Positions 21,167 to 31,016 are shown, counted from the first letter of the stretch. The stretch: DNA of 64,000 nt from Desulfomonilia bacterium (GCA_963664325.2 CAXXDQ010000006.1:64001-128000), one strand, 5' to 3'. The notes: a model not told the origin generated them from the letters alone. Translations and numbers: made by a program.

Positions 21167-21535
21167 TTAGCCTTCGCTGAACACTGCCGAGCAGCTCTCA
21201 TTTTCCCAGACCTCGACTTCCAGGAGTCTTGCCGGTTCTTTTATCCTGGATTTCAGCTTCAAAAATATATGTTTTGCGATGTTTTCTGCAGATGGATTAT
21301 CTGATGTGAATTCCTGCAAATCATTCAAGAGTCTGTGATCCAGAGGATTGAGGCAATCTTTCAGGGCCTGCTTTACGTCCCTGAAATCGGCAAGTATCCC
21401 GATTTCATTCAGATCGTCTGAACAGATGGCGACCTCAATTTTGTAATTATGACCGTGAAGCCTTTCGCAGTCCCCATGATAACCCCTGAGCATATGCGCT
21501 GAACTGAAACTGTCTCTGATTCGTATTTTGAACAT
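21167..21535 (-). CDS. queD: 6-carboxy-5,6,7,8-tetrahydropterin synthase
   Basis: FSSAH, CERLHGHNY, DF, LDH, NPSAENIA, WE; start reassigned to MFKIRI. Confidence 0.92.
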   Translation of the reverse strand: MFKIRIRDSFSSAHMLRGYHGDCERLHGHNYKIEVAICSDDLNEIGILADFRDVKQALKDCLNPLDHRLLNDLQEFTSDNPSAENIAKHIFLKLKSRIKEPARLLEVEVWENESCSAVFSEG

Positions 21536-21706
21536 GGTTTTCTCATAATATAAGCATTTTGTTTGTGCAATCCCAATAAAATGCAAGAGGTGAGCTGTGA
21601 GTGGTGAGTGATCAGAAAACATAACGGGAATCAACAATCTTGTATGCCGGATGTTTTTGGTATATCGCGATATTATAATCCATTTTAAAGGGGCGTTGAA
21701 AGGCTC

Positions 21707-22651
21707 ATGCCGTCACTTGATTTTCCGGATACGCATTTATTGAGACAGCTCGCCGGGGACAGTTGCAGTCACCTGAAGATTATCGAAGACAACACCGGTG
21801 CAAGGTGTTCGCTGAAGGGTACGACAATAGAGCTTTCGGGTGAAAAGCATGAAGTTGAGCTTGCCAGGCATGTACTTAATGACCTTTACAAAATCCTGCA
21901 GGAAGGATTGCCACTTTATCCGTCGGACATTTTTTATGCGGTGAGGATGCTGTCAAAAAACAGGAATCTGGACCTCAAGGATGTTTTCCTGGATTCTATT
22001 TATATCTCGTCGTCCAAAAAAGTTATAATACCAAAAAGTCTGCAGCAGAAGCTTTATATAGATTCCATCAGGGAAAACGACATCGTGTTCGGAATAGGCC
22101 CTGCAGGAACCGGCAAGACATACCTGGCCATGGCCATGGCCATTACTTTTCTGCTTAAGAAAAAAGTAGAACGGATTGTTCTAACAAGGCCTGCAGTGGA
22201 AGCCGGGGAAAGGCTGGGATTTCTGCCCGGCGATCTTGAACAGAAGGTGAATCCCTACCTGAGGCCTCTATATGACGCCCTTTACGACATGCTTGATCAT
22301 GATTATGTATTAAAGCTGCTCTCCCGTGACTCTATTGAAGTCGCCCCTCTTGCATTCATGCGGGGACGTACGCTCAATGATGCATTTATAATACTTGACG
22401 AGGCACAGAACACTACATCGGAACAGATGAAGATGTTTCTGACGCGGCTGGGGTTTAATTCAAAAGCTGTAATTACAGGAGACATCACCCAGACCGACCT
22501 GCCTTCGACAACGAGGTCAGGGTTGATTGAGGCGTCCGGCATATTGAAAAACATAAAGGATATAAGTTTTATCTATTTCAGTGAAGACGACGTGGTAAGG
22601 CACAAGCTGGTTTCAAAGATTATCAGGGCATATGAGAGGGCGAACGCATGA
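21707..22651 (+). CDS. phoH: PhoH family ATPase (YbeZ)
   Basis: GPAGTGKT, RPAVEAGERLGFLPG, MRGRTL, DEAQN. Confidence 0.93.
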   Translation: MPSLDFPDTHLLRQLAGDSCSHLKIIEDNTGARCSLKGTTIELSGEKHEVELARHVLNDLYKILQEGLPLYPSDIFYAVRMLSKNRNLDLKDVFLDSIYISSSKKVIIPKSLQQKLYIDSIRENDIVFGIGPAGTGKTYLAMAMAITFLLKKKVERIVLTRPAVEAGERLGFLPGDLEQKVNPYLRPLYDALYDMLDHDYVLKLLSRDSIEVAPLAFMRGRTLNDAFIILDEAQNTTSEQMKMFLTRLGFNSKAVITGDITQTDLPSTTRSGLIEASGILKNIKDISFIYFSEDDVVRHKLVSKIIRAYERANA

Positions 22652-23094
22652 ATATAATCGATGTGCAGAATATACAGGAGAATCTGGCAATCGATACGGA
22701 TATCGTAAAAAAGAACACCAACAGGGTGTTGAAGATTCTGGGCAGGAAAGATTGCGAGCTGTCCCTTCTTTTATGTGATGACCGGTATATAAAAAGGCTG
22801 AACAAGCAATATCTTGGAAAAGACAGGCCTACCAATGTGATATCCTTTCCCCAGCAGGAAGGGGAGGGCATCAGCGGTTACCACCTGGGAGACATAGTAA
22901 TTTCTGCACAGAGAGCCTCTGCCGAGGCTGAGAATTCAGGCATTTCGTTTGAGGAGAGACTGCTTCAGCTTCTTGTCCACGGCATATGCCATCTGGTTGG
23001 GTATAATCATGAAAATGTAGATGCCGAGATGGCTTGTCGGATGGAAAAAAAAGAACGGGAATTGCTTGAAAAGCTTGGAGAAAAGCCGGTTTAG
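22648..23094 (+). CDS. ybeY: rRNA maturation endoribonuclease YbeY
   Basis: LNKQY..PTNVISF, LGDIVIS, HGICHLVGYNH. Confidence 0.93.
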   Translation: MNIIDVQNIQENLAIDTDIVKKNTNRVLKILGRKDCELSLLLCDDRYIKRLNKQYLGKDRPTNVISFPQQEGEGISGYHLGDIVISAQRASAEAENSGISFEERLLQLLVHGICHLVGYNHENVDAEMACRMEKKERELLEKLGEKPV

Positions 23095-23160
23095 AAGGTT
23101 GCAAACATATTGGAAAAAACGCTTGCCATGCCTACCTCGCTTTGCTATAGGGCAGATTCA

Positions 23161-23238
<78 letters not shown>

Positions 23239-23249
23239 GAGTTGGATTT

Positions 23250-23323
<74 letters not shown>

Positions 23324-23347
23324 TTAAACAGCGAATATACGGATTAC

Positions 23348-23424
23348 GGTGAGTGTAGCTCAGTTGGTAGAGCACAGGATTGTGGCTCCTGTGGCCGTGG
23401 GTTCGAGCCCCATCACTCACCCCA
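23348..23424 (+). tRNA. tRNA-His(GTG)
   Basis: G-1, CAGGA-ttGTGgc-TCCTG, ends CCCA. Confidence 0.95.
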
Positions 23425-23438
23425 GAGTGAATAAGTGG

Positions 23439-23515
23439 GCGCCCGTAGCTCAGTTGGATAGAGCGTCGGACTTCGAATCCGCAGGTCGGGCGTTCGAGTC
23501 GCCCCGGGCGTACCA
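23439..23515 (+). tRNA. tRNA-Arg(TCG)
   Basis: CGGA-ctTCGaa-TCCG, GTTCGAGTC, ACCA end. Confidence 0.94.
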
Positions 23516-23530
23516 GGCAGTAAAGGTTTC

Positions 23531-23605
23531 GGGTCATTAGCTCAATGGTAGAGCAGCGGACTCTTAATCCGGAGGTTGAAGGTTCGAGTCCTTCATGACC
23601 CACCA
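23531..23605 (+). tRNA. tRNA-Lys(CTT)
   Basis: GGGTCAT/ATGACCC acceptor, CGGA-ctCTTaa-TCCG, ACCA end. Confidence 0.95.
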
Positions 23606-23613
23606 ATTTTATC

Positions 23614-23650
23614 AAAGGGTTGCAGTTGTTGAAGCTGCAGCCCTTTTTCT
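23614..23650 (+). terminator. Intrinsic terminator of the tRNA operon
   Basis: AAAGGGTTGCAG ... CTGCAGCCCTTT followed by T-rich tail. Confidence 0.8.
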
Positions 23651-23860
23651 TTAGTTTCCTGCCTGTTCTATTCCAACTTTTTTAAAGAGGCGTCTTAGGA
23701 GCGGATCGATCAGATAAGGTGCTCTATGTTCGGAAAAGAATATAGATGGTATTAATCTCATGCTTTGATCATCTCCAGTAAGAAAATGTTTTTCGTACTC
23801 CCAGGGTCTTTTCTTATTTCGGGCCGTAAGGTTTGGATTTGGCGTTTTCCCTGATTGCAC
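23651..23860 (-). pseudogene. Possible tyrosine integrase remnant
   Basis: ..LTARNKKR..IFFSEHRAPY..LRRLFKKVGIE resembles the segment before the H-x-x-R box of phage integrases; adjacent to tRNA-Lys; no catalytic motifs left. Confidence 0.3.
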
Positions 23861-24039
23861 TTGTTTAAAGCATGGCTCGCTTTTAAGGGAGAAGTCATAA
23901 AAGGCGCGACAATGAAATGAATATCCCGGTAATTTTATTTAAAAAAGTTATTGGTAGTTTTATATGTGCAATTGTATAATCGATTAAATCAGGATTAATA
24001 ATGTGGATATCGATCCAAAGTCAAGAAAGGAGATTCTGA

Positions 24040-25005
24040 ATGGGCAAGTGGAAAATACCCCCTGATGGCGGTCATATGGATCTGGCAACAGGCATATATT
24101 TCCAGAATATGACCGGCAGGGAAATCGAACAGAGGCTGAAGACAAACGATCTAATAATCATTCCAGTGGGCAGCACTGAAAATCACGGTCCTCATGCCTG
24201 CGCGGGCGAGGACACGTTCCTGCTTACAAGGATTGCCGAGCAGGTGGCCCTTGCAACAGGCTGTACCGTTGCCCAGCCCGTATGGTACGGGTCGCACCCT
24301 TTCAACCATCTGGGCATGCCCGGCACCATCGTGGTCCCCGAAGAGGATCTGGCGGCATATCTTCGAGCGATGATTGCAGGTTTCTGGAACGCGGGCTTCA
24401 GGAAGCAGATATTCATCAACGGCCATGCGCAGGACTATGTCATACCCATGGCGATTCATCAGTTCGGCAAGAAATACCAGGTGCCTGCAGTGATCGCCTA
24501 TCTTAACTGGTGGTTCTCGATCAGGCCGCACATAAGAGACAAGGCGCACGGCGGACCTTTCGAGACGCCATTCGTGCACGCCGACGAATGCGAGACATCA
24601 TTCTCGCTGGCGCTCTTCCCTGAGATGATAAAGATGAAGGACGCGGTCGATACCAAGGGCGAGATGTACATAAAAGACGGTATCGTCGACAAGTCCGGGC
24701 TTGCCTATGGTTATCCTATGAGATTTTATGATCATATGGGACTGACGGGAATGGAATTGTTATGCACTCCTGAAGGCGTTGTAGGGAAAAGCACGCTCGC
24801 ATCCGCCGAAAAGGCAAAGCCGGGCGTGGAAGCTGCAATGGATTATCTGGAAGACCTGGTCAATGAGATCATGACAAAATTCCCGGTGGGAAAACTTCCT
24901 CCGATCGAAAAGATGACGCAGAGGCCGAAAGAGCAAATCGAATCAGTCATAAAAGGGCCCAGGAAAGGCGGCGCTCATATATACACAATAAGCTACCCGA
25001 CATGA
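24040..25005 (+). CDS. iolN: 3-dehydro-scyllo-inosose hydrolase (creatininase family)
   Basis: GIYFQNMT..DLIIIPVGSTENHG..GEDTFL, AGFWNAGFRKQI.INGH, GGPFETPFVHADE, PEGVVGK; closely matches Thermotoga maritima IolN as recalled. Confidence 0.85.
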   Translation: MGKWKIPPDGGHMDLATGIYFQNMTGREIEQRLKTNDLIIIPVGSTENHGPHACAGEDTFLLTRIAEQVALATGCTVAQPVWYGSHPFNHLGMPGTIVVPEEDLAAYLRAMIAGFWNAGFRKQIFINGHAQDYVIPMAIHQFGKKYQVPAVIAYLNWWFSIRPHIRDKAHGGPFETPFVHADECETSFSLALFPEMIKMKDAVDTKGEMYIKDGIVDKSGLAYGYPMRFYDHMGLTGMELLCTPEGVVGKSTLASAEKAKPGVEAAMDYLEDLVNEIMTKFPVGKLPPIEKMTQRPKEQIESVIKGPRKGGAHIYTISYPT

Positions 25006-25195
25006 TTATTCCGCATTGCATTCAAGCGGCCCCATTGTCGGCTTCGTCGGGATGCTCCTCGACAATGGGATCACGAGCTTCCTGTTTGGCTCCTCAAGCC
25101 GAGCGTAGCGTGGGCGAAGAGACATACGTTAACAGTATGCCTGCGTCGCTCCCTCCTAGCCTCCTCGGTGTCATCTTGAATGCAAAGCGAAATTA
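25006..25195. repeat. ERIC-like palindromic element (~130 bp) with a 60-bp internal insert
   Basis: Ends TTCCGCATTGCATTCAAG / CTTGAATGCAAAGCGAAA; inverted homolog of 29444-29572; insert 25065-25124 bounded by GACA. Confidence 0.8.
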
Positions 25196-25207
25196 GGAGA
25201 GTAAATT

Positions 25208-26410
25208 ATGGAAATTTTTAAAAAGGGAGAAAAAGATTACGTTGAAGGCAAAACAATTAAAGCTGCTGTCATGGTCGAACCCGGCAGGATGGAGGTTCAG
25301 CAGCTTCCCTGGCCGAAGCTTGAAAGGGGTGCGCTTATTCTTAAGATGCGCATGTCAGGCATATGCGGGACGGACAAGCATGCCTACAGGGGCGGAGAGG
25401 AAAGAATCCTTTACGGCGGCACCGAAGCCGAGCAGGAAATGGCGTATCCGGCGGTTCACGGACATGAAAACGTGGGCGAGATAGTGGAGATGCATCCCGA
25501 AGACAAGAACCTGATAGAATATCACGGCGGAGAGCTCAAGATCGGGGACAGGGTCACGATGTGCCCGAACGTGGTGTGCAGAAACTGCTGGTACTGCAGG
25601 CATATATTCGCATATCCGTTCTGCGCGAAAAACACGACTATCGGTCTTTCTTATCCGAGCAACGTACATCCGTATGTGGCAGGCGGATGGGCCGAGTACA
25701 TGTATGTTCCGAAAGGGGCCTGGGTCTACAAAGTGCCCGAAGGCATGCCTGATGAATTCGGGGCCATGGCCGAGATATTCGTGGTGACCTCGACGCTGGA
25801 CAGGGCCAAGGAGTTCTCAAGAATCGAATCAAGAGGTTTCGGATTTGCCGATACCGTCGTAATCCAGGGCGGCGGCGCCATGGGCCTCATGCACATAGCC
25901 AAGGCGAAGATGCTGGGCGCCGGCAAAATTATACTGGTAGACCCCTCCAAGAAAAAGCTCGAAATAGCAAAGGAGTTCGGCGCTGATTATGGAATCGACA
26001 TAAGCTCCACTACAAAGGAAGAGCGGGTAAAGATTATCAAGGACCTCACGGATGGAAGAGGTGCGGATGTAGTCGTGGAAGTGGTCGGAACGGCGGAATG
26101 CGTGAAGGAAGGCCTCGAGATGACCAGGAGGGGCGGCACCTATATAGAAACGGGAAATTTCGTCGACTGCGGCGAGGTAGCGATCAACATACACAGGGAC
26201 ATTGCGGCGAAGAACGTTCTTCTGATCGGCAACACCAATCATCCCCATACCGGCTATTATCAGCACATGAACATGATGCAGAAATATTCAAAAGAGTATC
26301 CTTTTGAAAAGCTCATAACACACAGGTTCAGGCTGGACGACGCTCAGAAGGCGGTTGAGACCTCTCTTGAAACCGACCCGTTGAAGGTTGTTTTCGACAT
26401 GAGAATGTGA
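25208..26410 (+). CDS. Zn-dependent medium-chain dehydrogenase (candidate IolM-equivalent)
   Basis: GICGTDKH, GHE, C-x2-C-x2-C-x7-C, QGGGAMG, GADVVVE. Confidence 0.85.
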   Translation: MEIFKKGEKDYVEGKTIKAAVMVEPGRMEVQQLPWPKLERGALILKMRMSGICGTDKHAYRGGEERILYGGTEAEQEMAYPAVHGHENVGEIVEMHPEDKNLIEYHGGELKIGDRVTMCPNVVCRNCWYCRHIFAYPFCAKNTTIGLSYPSNVHPYVAGGWAEYMYVPKGAWVYKVPEGMPDEFGAMAEIFVVTSTLDRAKEFSRIESRGFGFADTVVIQGGGAMGLMHIAKAKMLGAGKIILVDPSKKKLEIAKEFGADYGIDISSTTKEERVKIIKDLTDGRGADVVVEVVGTAECVKEGLEMTRRGGTYIETGNFVDCGEVAINIHRDIAAKNVLLIGNTNHPHTGYYQHMNMMQKYSKEYPFEKLITHRFRLDDAQKAVETSLETDPLKVVFDMRM

Positions 26411-26427
26411 CGGACTGAGCAAAACTT

Positions 26428-27255
26428 ATGTTTGATTTCAGCCTGAGCCTTTCGCCTGTCAAGTCGCCGTTCAGCCCCATGCTGTTTTCCGGCGACCTGG
26501 AGGAAGGCTTCAGAAACGCCGCCGGGCTGGGCTACAGCGGCGTGGACTTGAGCCTGCTCGATTCCGGGGCGCTGGATCAGAATTGGATCATCGACAGAAT
26601 TAAAGGCTTTAATCTTAAGGTTTACACCATCGCCACGGGCCAGACATTTTACAACGAAGGGTATTCTCTCTACAGCGCCGAAAACGACAAAAGAGAAATG
26701 GCCGTCGCCAGGATCAGGTCTCATATCGATTTTGCATCAAGGCTAGGCGCCATGGTCATAATCGGAGGCGTGCGGGGGAAGATAACGGCAAGCGACGTAC
26801 GCGAAAGGCTCAGGCAGGAACAGAGCGGCAGGCAGGCCATATGCCAATGCCTGAAACACGCTGAAGATAAAGGGGTGACTCTTCTGCTCGAGCCTATAAA
26901 CAGATACGAGACCAACGTGATCAACACGCTTCAGGAAGGGATGAGCTTTATCGAGGAACTGGGGAGCGGGAATCTGAAGCTCCTTCCCGACGTCTTCCAT
27001 ATGAATATCGAGGAGAGGTCGATTGAGAAAAGCTTCATCGAGTTCAAATCCCACATAGGATTCGTTCATTTTGCGGACAGCAACAGGCAGGCCCCGGGAT
27101 TCGGTCATATCGATTTCGGGAAGATACTATCCGCCCTTGGAGAAATAAACTACGAGAACGCCATCGGGCTGGAAATTCTTCCCAAACCCGATGATTTCAG
27201 TGCCTCAAAACAAGCCATATCCCATCTGAAAAGAATCGAAGAATATTCCGTTTGA
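26428..27255 (+). CDS. iolO: 5-keto-L-gluconate epimerase-like TIM-barrel epimerase
   Basis: FSGDLEEG, IATGQ..GYSL, VIIGGVRG, EPINRYET, DVFHMNIEE, HFADSNRQAPGFGHIDF; matches T. maritima IolO as recalled. Confidence 0.78.
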   Translation: MFDFSLSLSPVKSPFSPMLFSGDLEEGFRNAAGLGYSGVDLSLLDSGALDQNWIIDRIKGFNLKVYTIATGQTFYNEGYSLYSAENDKREMAVARIRSHIDFASRLGAMVIIGGVRGKITASDVRERLRQEQSGRQAICQCLKHAEDKGVTLLLEPINRYETNVINTLQEGMSFIEELGSGNLKLLPDVFHMNIEERSIEKSFIEFKSHIGFVHFADSNRQAPGFGHIDFGKILSALGEINYENAIGLEILPKPDDFSASKQAISHLKRIEEYSV

Positions 27256-27336
27256 TACCCCGAAATCGGGGGAATTTGTTGTTGTTAGATAAGCAATGTT
27301 GATGTATAATTTGCAAAATAAATCATAGGAGGGTTT

Positions 27337-28176
27337 ATGAGATTAGGCTTTTGTACGATGGGATATCTTGACTACACGACCGTGGATGAAGCCGTAAGAA
27401 GAATCGGCAGGATGGGATACAAAGTCGTCGACTTCTGGGCATACAGTCCTCATCTCGGCCCTGATCTTTATGATAAAAAGGCCCGCAAACAGCTGATGAA
27501 CATAGTGAAGGATTCGGGACTCAAAGCCGTTGCGCTTTCGGTCAACGGCGGCGGCCTTGCGCTTCATATAAGCTTTTCCCATTCGATAGAGGCGATCAGA
27601 AAGAAGTCGGTGGAATATTATATCGACTGTGTCGATATGGCCTCCGAAATGGGAATCCCCATAGTCAACATGATTTCCGGCCACATGATACATGGAACCA
27701 CGCGTGAACAGGCGTGGAAATGGAACCGTGAATGCATGCAGCAAGTGGTCAAACATGCCGAAGAAAAGGGCGTAATGATGGCGCTCCATACGCTCACATG
27801 GTGCGAATCGCGGGTTGTGGTGACACTCGACGACGCGCTTCAGATGATGAGGGAGATCAATTCGCCCAACTGCAAGGTCATGATCGACACGGCCGATCAG
27901 AACATCACCGATCCGAACCTGTCGGATGCCGTCAGAAAGGCAGGAAAGGACCTCGTATATGTTCACTGCAACGACAACAACGGCGTAGGGCAGGGCGACG
28001 TCCACCTTCCCCCGGGACACGGTACGGTCAACTGGAAGGTCTTCCTGTCCGCCCTTAAGGAGATCGGGTATAAGGGCGATCTGACGGTGCAGGTGCATAC
28101 GGGGCATCCGGTCGACATCGACGCCTGGGCCATCGAATCAAAAGAATATCTGGAAAACGTGTTGAAGCAGATATAG
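27337..28176 (+). CDS. Sugar phosphate isomerase/epimerase (xylose isomerase-like TIM barrel)
   Basis: DFWAYSPH, MIDTAD, VHCNDN..DVHLPPGHGTVNW, IGYKG; GGAGG RBS. Confidence 0.8.
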   Translation: MRLGFCTMGYLDYTTVDEAVRRIGRMGYKVVDFWAYSPHLGPDLYDKKARKQLMNIVKDSGLKAVALSVNGGGLALHISFSHSIEAIRKKSVEYYIDCVDMASEMGIPIVNMISGHMIHGTTREQAWKWNRECMQQVVKHAEEKGVMMALHTLTWCESRVVVTLDDALQMMREINSPNCKVMIDTADQNITDPNLSDAVRKAGKDLVYVHCNDNNGVGQGDVHLPPGHGTVNWKVFLSALKEIGYKGDLTVQVHTGHPVDIDAWAIESKEYLENVLKQI

Positions 28177-28190
28177 CAGTCAGACCTGTT

Positions 28191-29375
28191 ATGGAACAAA
28201 GCCATAAAACCAGGATAGGTCTTATCGGTGCTGGAAACATCTGCCGGGTGGGCCATGGTCCGGCCGTCAAGGCTGACGGGAGGGCGTATATTGCAGCTAT
28301 CAGCGATCCCGACCCGCACAACAGGGAGTTTTTTGCAAAAAAATATAATGTGAGCGGCGTCTACGAAGATCACCGCGTCATGCTCGAACGCGAAAAGCTG
28401 GATGCCGTCGTCATATCCTCGCCACCTTGGCTTCACGCGCGCCACGTTCAGGACTGCGCGGAAAAAGGCATTCCCATCCTGTGCGAAAAGCCGATGGCCA
28501 CGACCCTTGAAGACTGCCGGGCAATAATCGAGGCAGGCAGGAAAAACAATGTCTATATCCTCATGGGCCACTGCAAGCGTTTCGAGCCGGGACACCAGAA
28601 AATCAGGGAACTGCTGATGAAGAACGCCCTGGGAAGGATATTCCAGGTCAGCATCTTCTGGTATTTTTTCATTCCCGACTTTACAAGCGGCTGGCTGGGA
28701 GCTCTTGTCAGGAAACTGAAGAAATTCGGATTTGATATCGAACGTGATTTCGGTTTCTGGAGGTATAGAGACATCAAGGCGGGCGGGGGCGACTTCTTCG
28801 ACCATGCGCCGCACTATATCGACATCATCCGTTTCTACGGGATGGAAATAGAACAGGTCTCGTGCGAAACCAAAAGGTGCTACCCGGATACGCGCCCTTT
28901 TGAGGACCTTGCCGTGGCCGCCTTCAAACTTTCAAACGGCGCGGTCTTTCTCTATGACAAGAACGTCATCCGCACAGGAAGCCCCTATGGTTTCGAGCGC
29001 GGATACATATACGGAGAAAAGGGGAAGATAGCCTTCAGGGCCGCCCATGCCTACCAGAAGCGCCGTGTAAAAGTGGGCATCTACCGTTTTTTCAATATAC
29101 TCTGCAATCGCTATTTCCCGGCTATGCTCCCTTACGGCAGGGAAAACACAATGTTCTACAGGCAAATGAAATTCTTTATAGATAAAGTTCGGGGTGAAAA
29201 TACGCTGAAGAACGGCATCACAGGAGAGTGGGGCGCTACTCCGGAAGACTCTTACCTGACGATCGCCTGGACCCTTGCATCGTACAAATCGGCCAGGGAC
29301 GGGATAAAGATCACGCGCGAGAACCTGTTCAGAGAGATAGAGAATTTCGAAACCGGCCAGCCACATGACTGGTAG
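28191..29375 (+). CDS. Gfo/Idh/MocA family oxidoreductase
   Basis: GLIGAG, CEKPMA, GGGDFFDHAPHYID. Confidence 0.87.
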   Translation: MEQSHKTRIGLIGAGNICRVGHGPAVKADGRAYIAAISDPDPHNREFFAKKYNVSGVYEDHRVMLEREKLDAVVISSPPWLHARHVQDCAEKGIPILCEKPMATTLEDCRAIIEAGRKNNVYILMGHCKRFEPGHQKIRELLMKNALGRIFQVSIFWYFFIPDFTSGWLGALVRKLKKFGFDIERDFGFWRYRDIKAGGGDFFDHAPHYIDIIRFYGMEIEQVSCETKRCYPDTRPFEDLAVAAFKLSNGAVFLYDKNVIRTGSPYGFERGYIYGEKGKIAFRAAHAYQKRRVKVGIYRFFNILCNRYFPAMLPYGRENTMFYRQMKFFIDKVRGENTLKNGITGEWGATPEDSYLTIAWTLASYKSARDGIKITRENLFREIENFETGQPHDW

Positions 29376-29443
29376 CATGAGCTTTCAGTCATGGCCTGTC
29401 GGGGCAATAGTAATTTTGATTATTCGATCCTTATAATAAATAC

Positions 29444-29572
29444 TAATTCCGCTTTGTATTCAAGATGTCGCCGAGGAGTCAAAGAGGAAGCGACGCTGAC
29501 ATACTTTTAGCGTATGTTGAGGAGCATTCCGATGCATACGACAAGGGCGCCGCTTGAATGCGAAGTGGAATA
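29444..29572. repeat. ERIC-like palindromic element (~129 bp)
   Basis: TIR ATTCCGCTTTGTATTCAAG / CTTGAATGCGAAGTGGAAT; central hairpin ACATAC-TTTTAGC-GTATGT. Confidence 0.8.
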
Positions 29573-29587
29573 TCAGGGGGGTATTTG

Positions 29588-30979
29588 ATGGAAGGTAAAA
29601 AACTGTCTGTCGGCGTAAAGCTTGGATACGGCGTCTGCGATTTCGGAGGCAACCTTTTTTTCACCGCGACCGCATTCGTCCTGATGATCTATTTGACCGA
29701 CACCATGGGCCTCAAAGCGGGCCTCGCCGGAACGGCGCTTTTCATAGGAAGGATATGGGACGCCTTTTACGACACCATTATTGGCTATATATCCGACAGG
29801 ACATCCACAAAACTCGGCAGGCGCAGGCCTTTCATGCTGGCCGGCGCCATACCGCTTTTCATAGCCATGGTGCTCATGTTCACAAACCCCGCTCTATTCA
29901 AAGAAAATTTCAGCCAGACCGGCCTGTTCATATTCACCGTATTCGTCTACATATTGCTCAGTACGGCATATTCGACGGTCAACATCCCCTACTGCTCCAT
30001 GACCCCGGAACTCACCGACGACTATCATGAAAGGACGTCGCTCTCGGGATACCGCTTCGGATTCGCCGCAATCGGTACGCTCACCGGCGCAGGCGCGGCC
30101 TGGCCGATAGTAGGCCTCGTGAAGGACAAGAACATGGGTTTTATCCTCCTCGGGATCATCTTCGGCGGGATAATGATGGTAACCGCCCTCGTTACGGTGT
30201 TCACAACGAAAGAGCCGGCGGAATTGAAACCGGCAAGATCCTTGGGGTTTGTTAAGACATATCTTGATGTCTTCAAGAACGGACCCTATCTCCTGATACT
30301 CTCCACCTACATTCTGCACATCATCGCGCTTACGATCGTAAGCCAGGTGGCGGCCTATTACTTCGACTATGTCCTGGCCGCGCGAAACGTGATGAACGCG
30401 AAAGACGAATTAACGAAGGCGATGCTGATATTGATCGGGACCGCCTTACTGTTCATCCCGGTAAGCGTTTTCTTCAGCAAGAAATTCGGCAAGAAATTCG
30501 TCTATGGGGCGGGTTTCGCCATCTTCTCGGCCGGACTGATCGTGCTCTTCATGTTCGGCGACAAGAGGCCTGTCAGCTTCACGATGATCATGATGCTTAT
30601 AATGGGCGTAGGGCTGGGTTTTCTATATGTACCGCCGTTCACGATTGTCGCCGACGCGATCGAATACGGCTATCTCCAGACAGGCGAACGCAGGGAAGGC
30701 TCGTTTTTCGGCATCTGGACATGGGGATTCAAGCTCGGCCAGGCGCTGGCTGCGCTTTCGATGGGCTGGATCCTTCAGCTCATGGGCTATGTCAAGGGCG
30801 TCCTGCCTCAGACCCCCAGCGCGGAACTCGGCATCAGGCTGCTGCTGGGCCCGATCTCGGCTGCCATATTCGTACTGGCGATAGTGGTGCTTTATTTTTA
30901 TCCGATAACGGAAAAGCGCTATTCCGAGATGCAACAGCAGATAAAGGAGATGGAGGGGGCAAAGGCGAAATCCGCATGA
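29588..30979 (+). CDS. GPH (MelB-like) glycoside-pentoside-hexuronide:cation symporter
   Basis: KLGYGVCDFG, RIWDAFYD..GYISDRT..GRRRPF, ERTSL, ADAIEY..RREG, FYPIT. Confidence 0.9.
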   Translation: MEGKKLSVGVKLGYGVCDFGGNLFFTATAFVLMIYLTDTMGLKAGLAGTALFIGRIWDAFYDTIIGYISDRTSTKLGRRRPFMLAGAIPLFIAMVLMFTNPALFKENFSQTGLFIFTVFVYILLSTAYSTVNIPYCSMTPELTDDYHERTSLSGYRFGFAAIGTLTGAGAAWPIVGLVKDKNMGFILLGIIFGGIMMVTALVTVFTTKEPAELKPARSLGFVKTYLDVFKNGPYLLILSTYILHIIALTIVSQVAAYYFDYVLAARNVMNAKDELTKAMLILIGTALLFIPVSVFFSKKFGKKFVYGAGFAIFSAGLIVLFMFGDKRPVSFTMIMMLIMGVGLGFLYVPPFTIVADAIEYGYLQTGERREGSFFGIWTWGFKLGQALAALSMGWILQLMGYVKGVLPQTPSAELGIRLLLGPISAAIFVLAIVVLYFYPITEKRYSEMQQQIKEMEGAKAKSA

Positions 30980-31016
30980 CGCCGCAATAACGCTTCCCGC
31001 CAGGAGACCGCTTCAT

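Noticed and set aside
25002-25196. Small ORFs 25002-25196, 29479-29664 and 41066-41305
   Set aside because: They are chance frames through the ERIC-like elements or antisense to real genes
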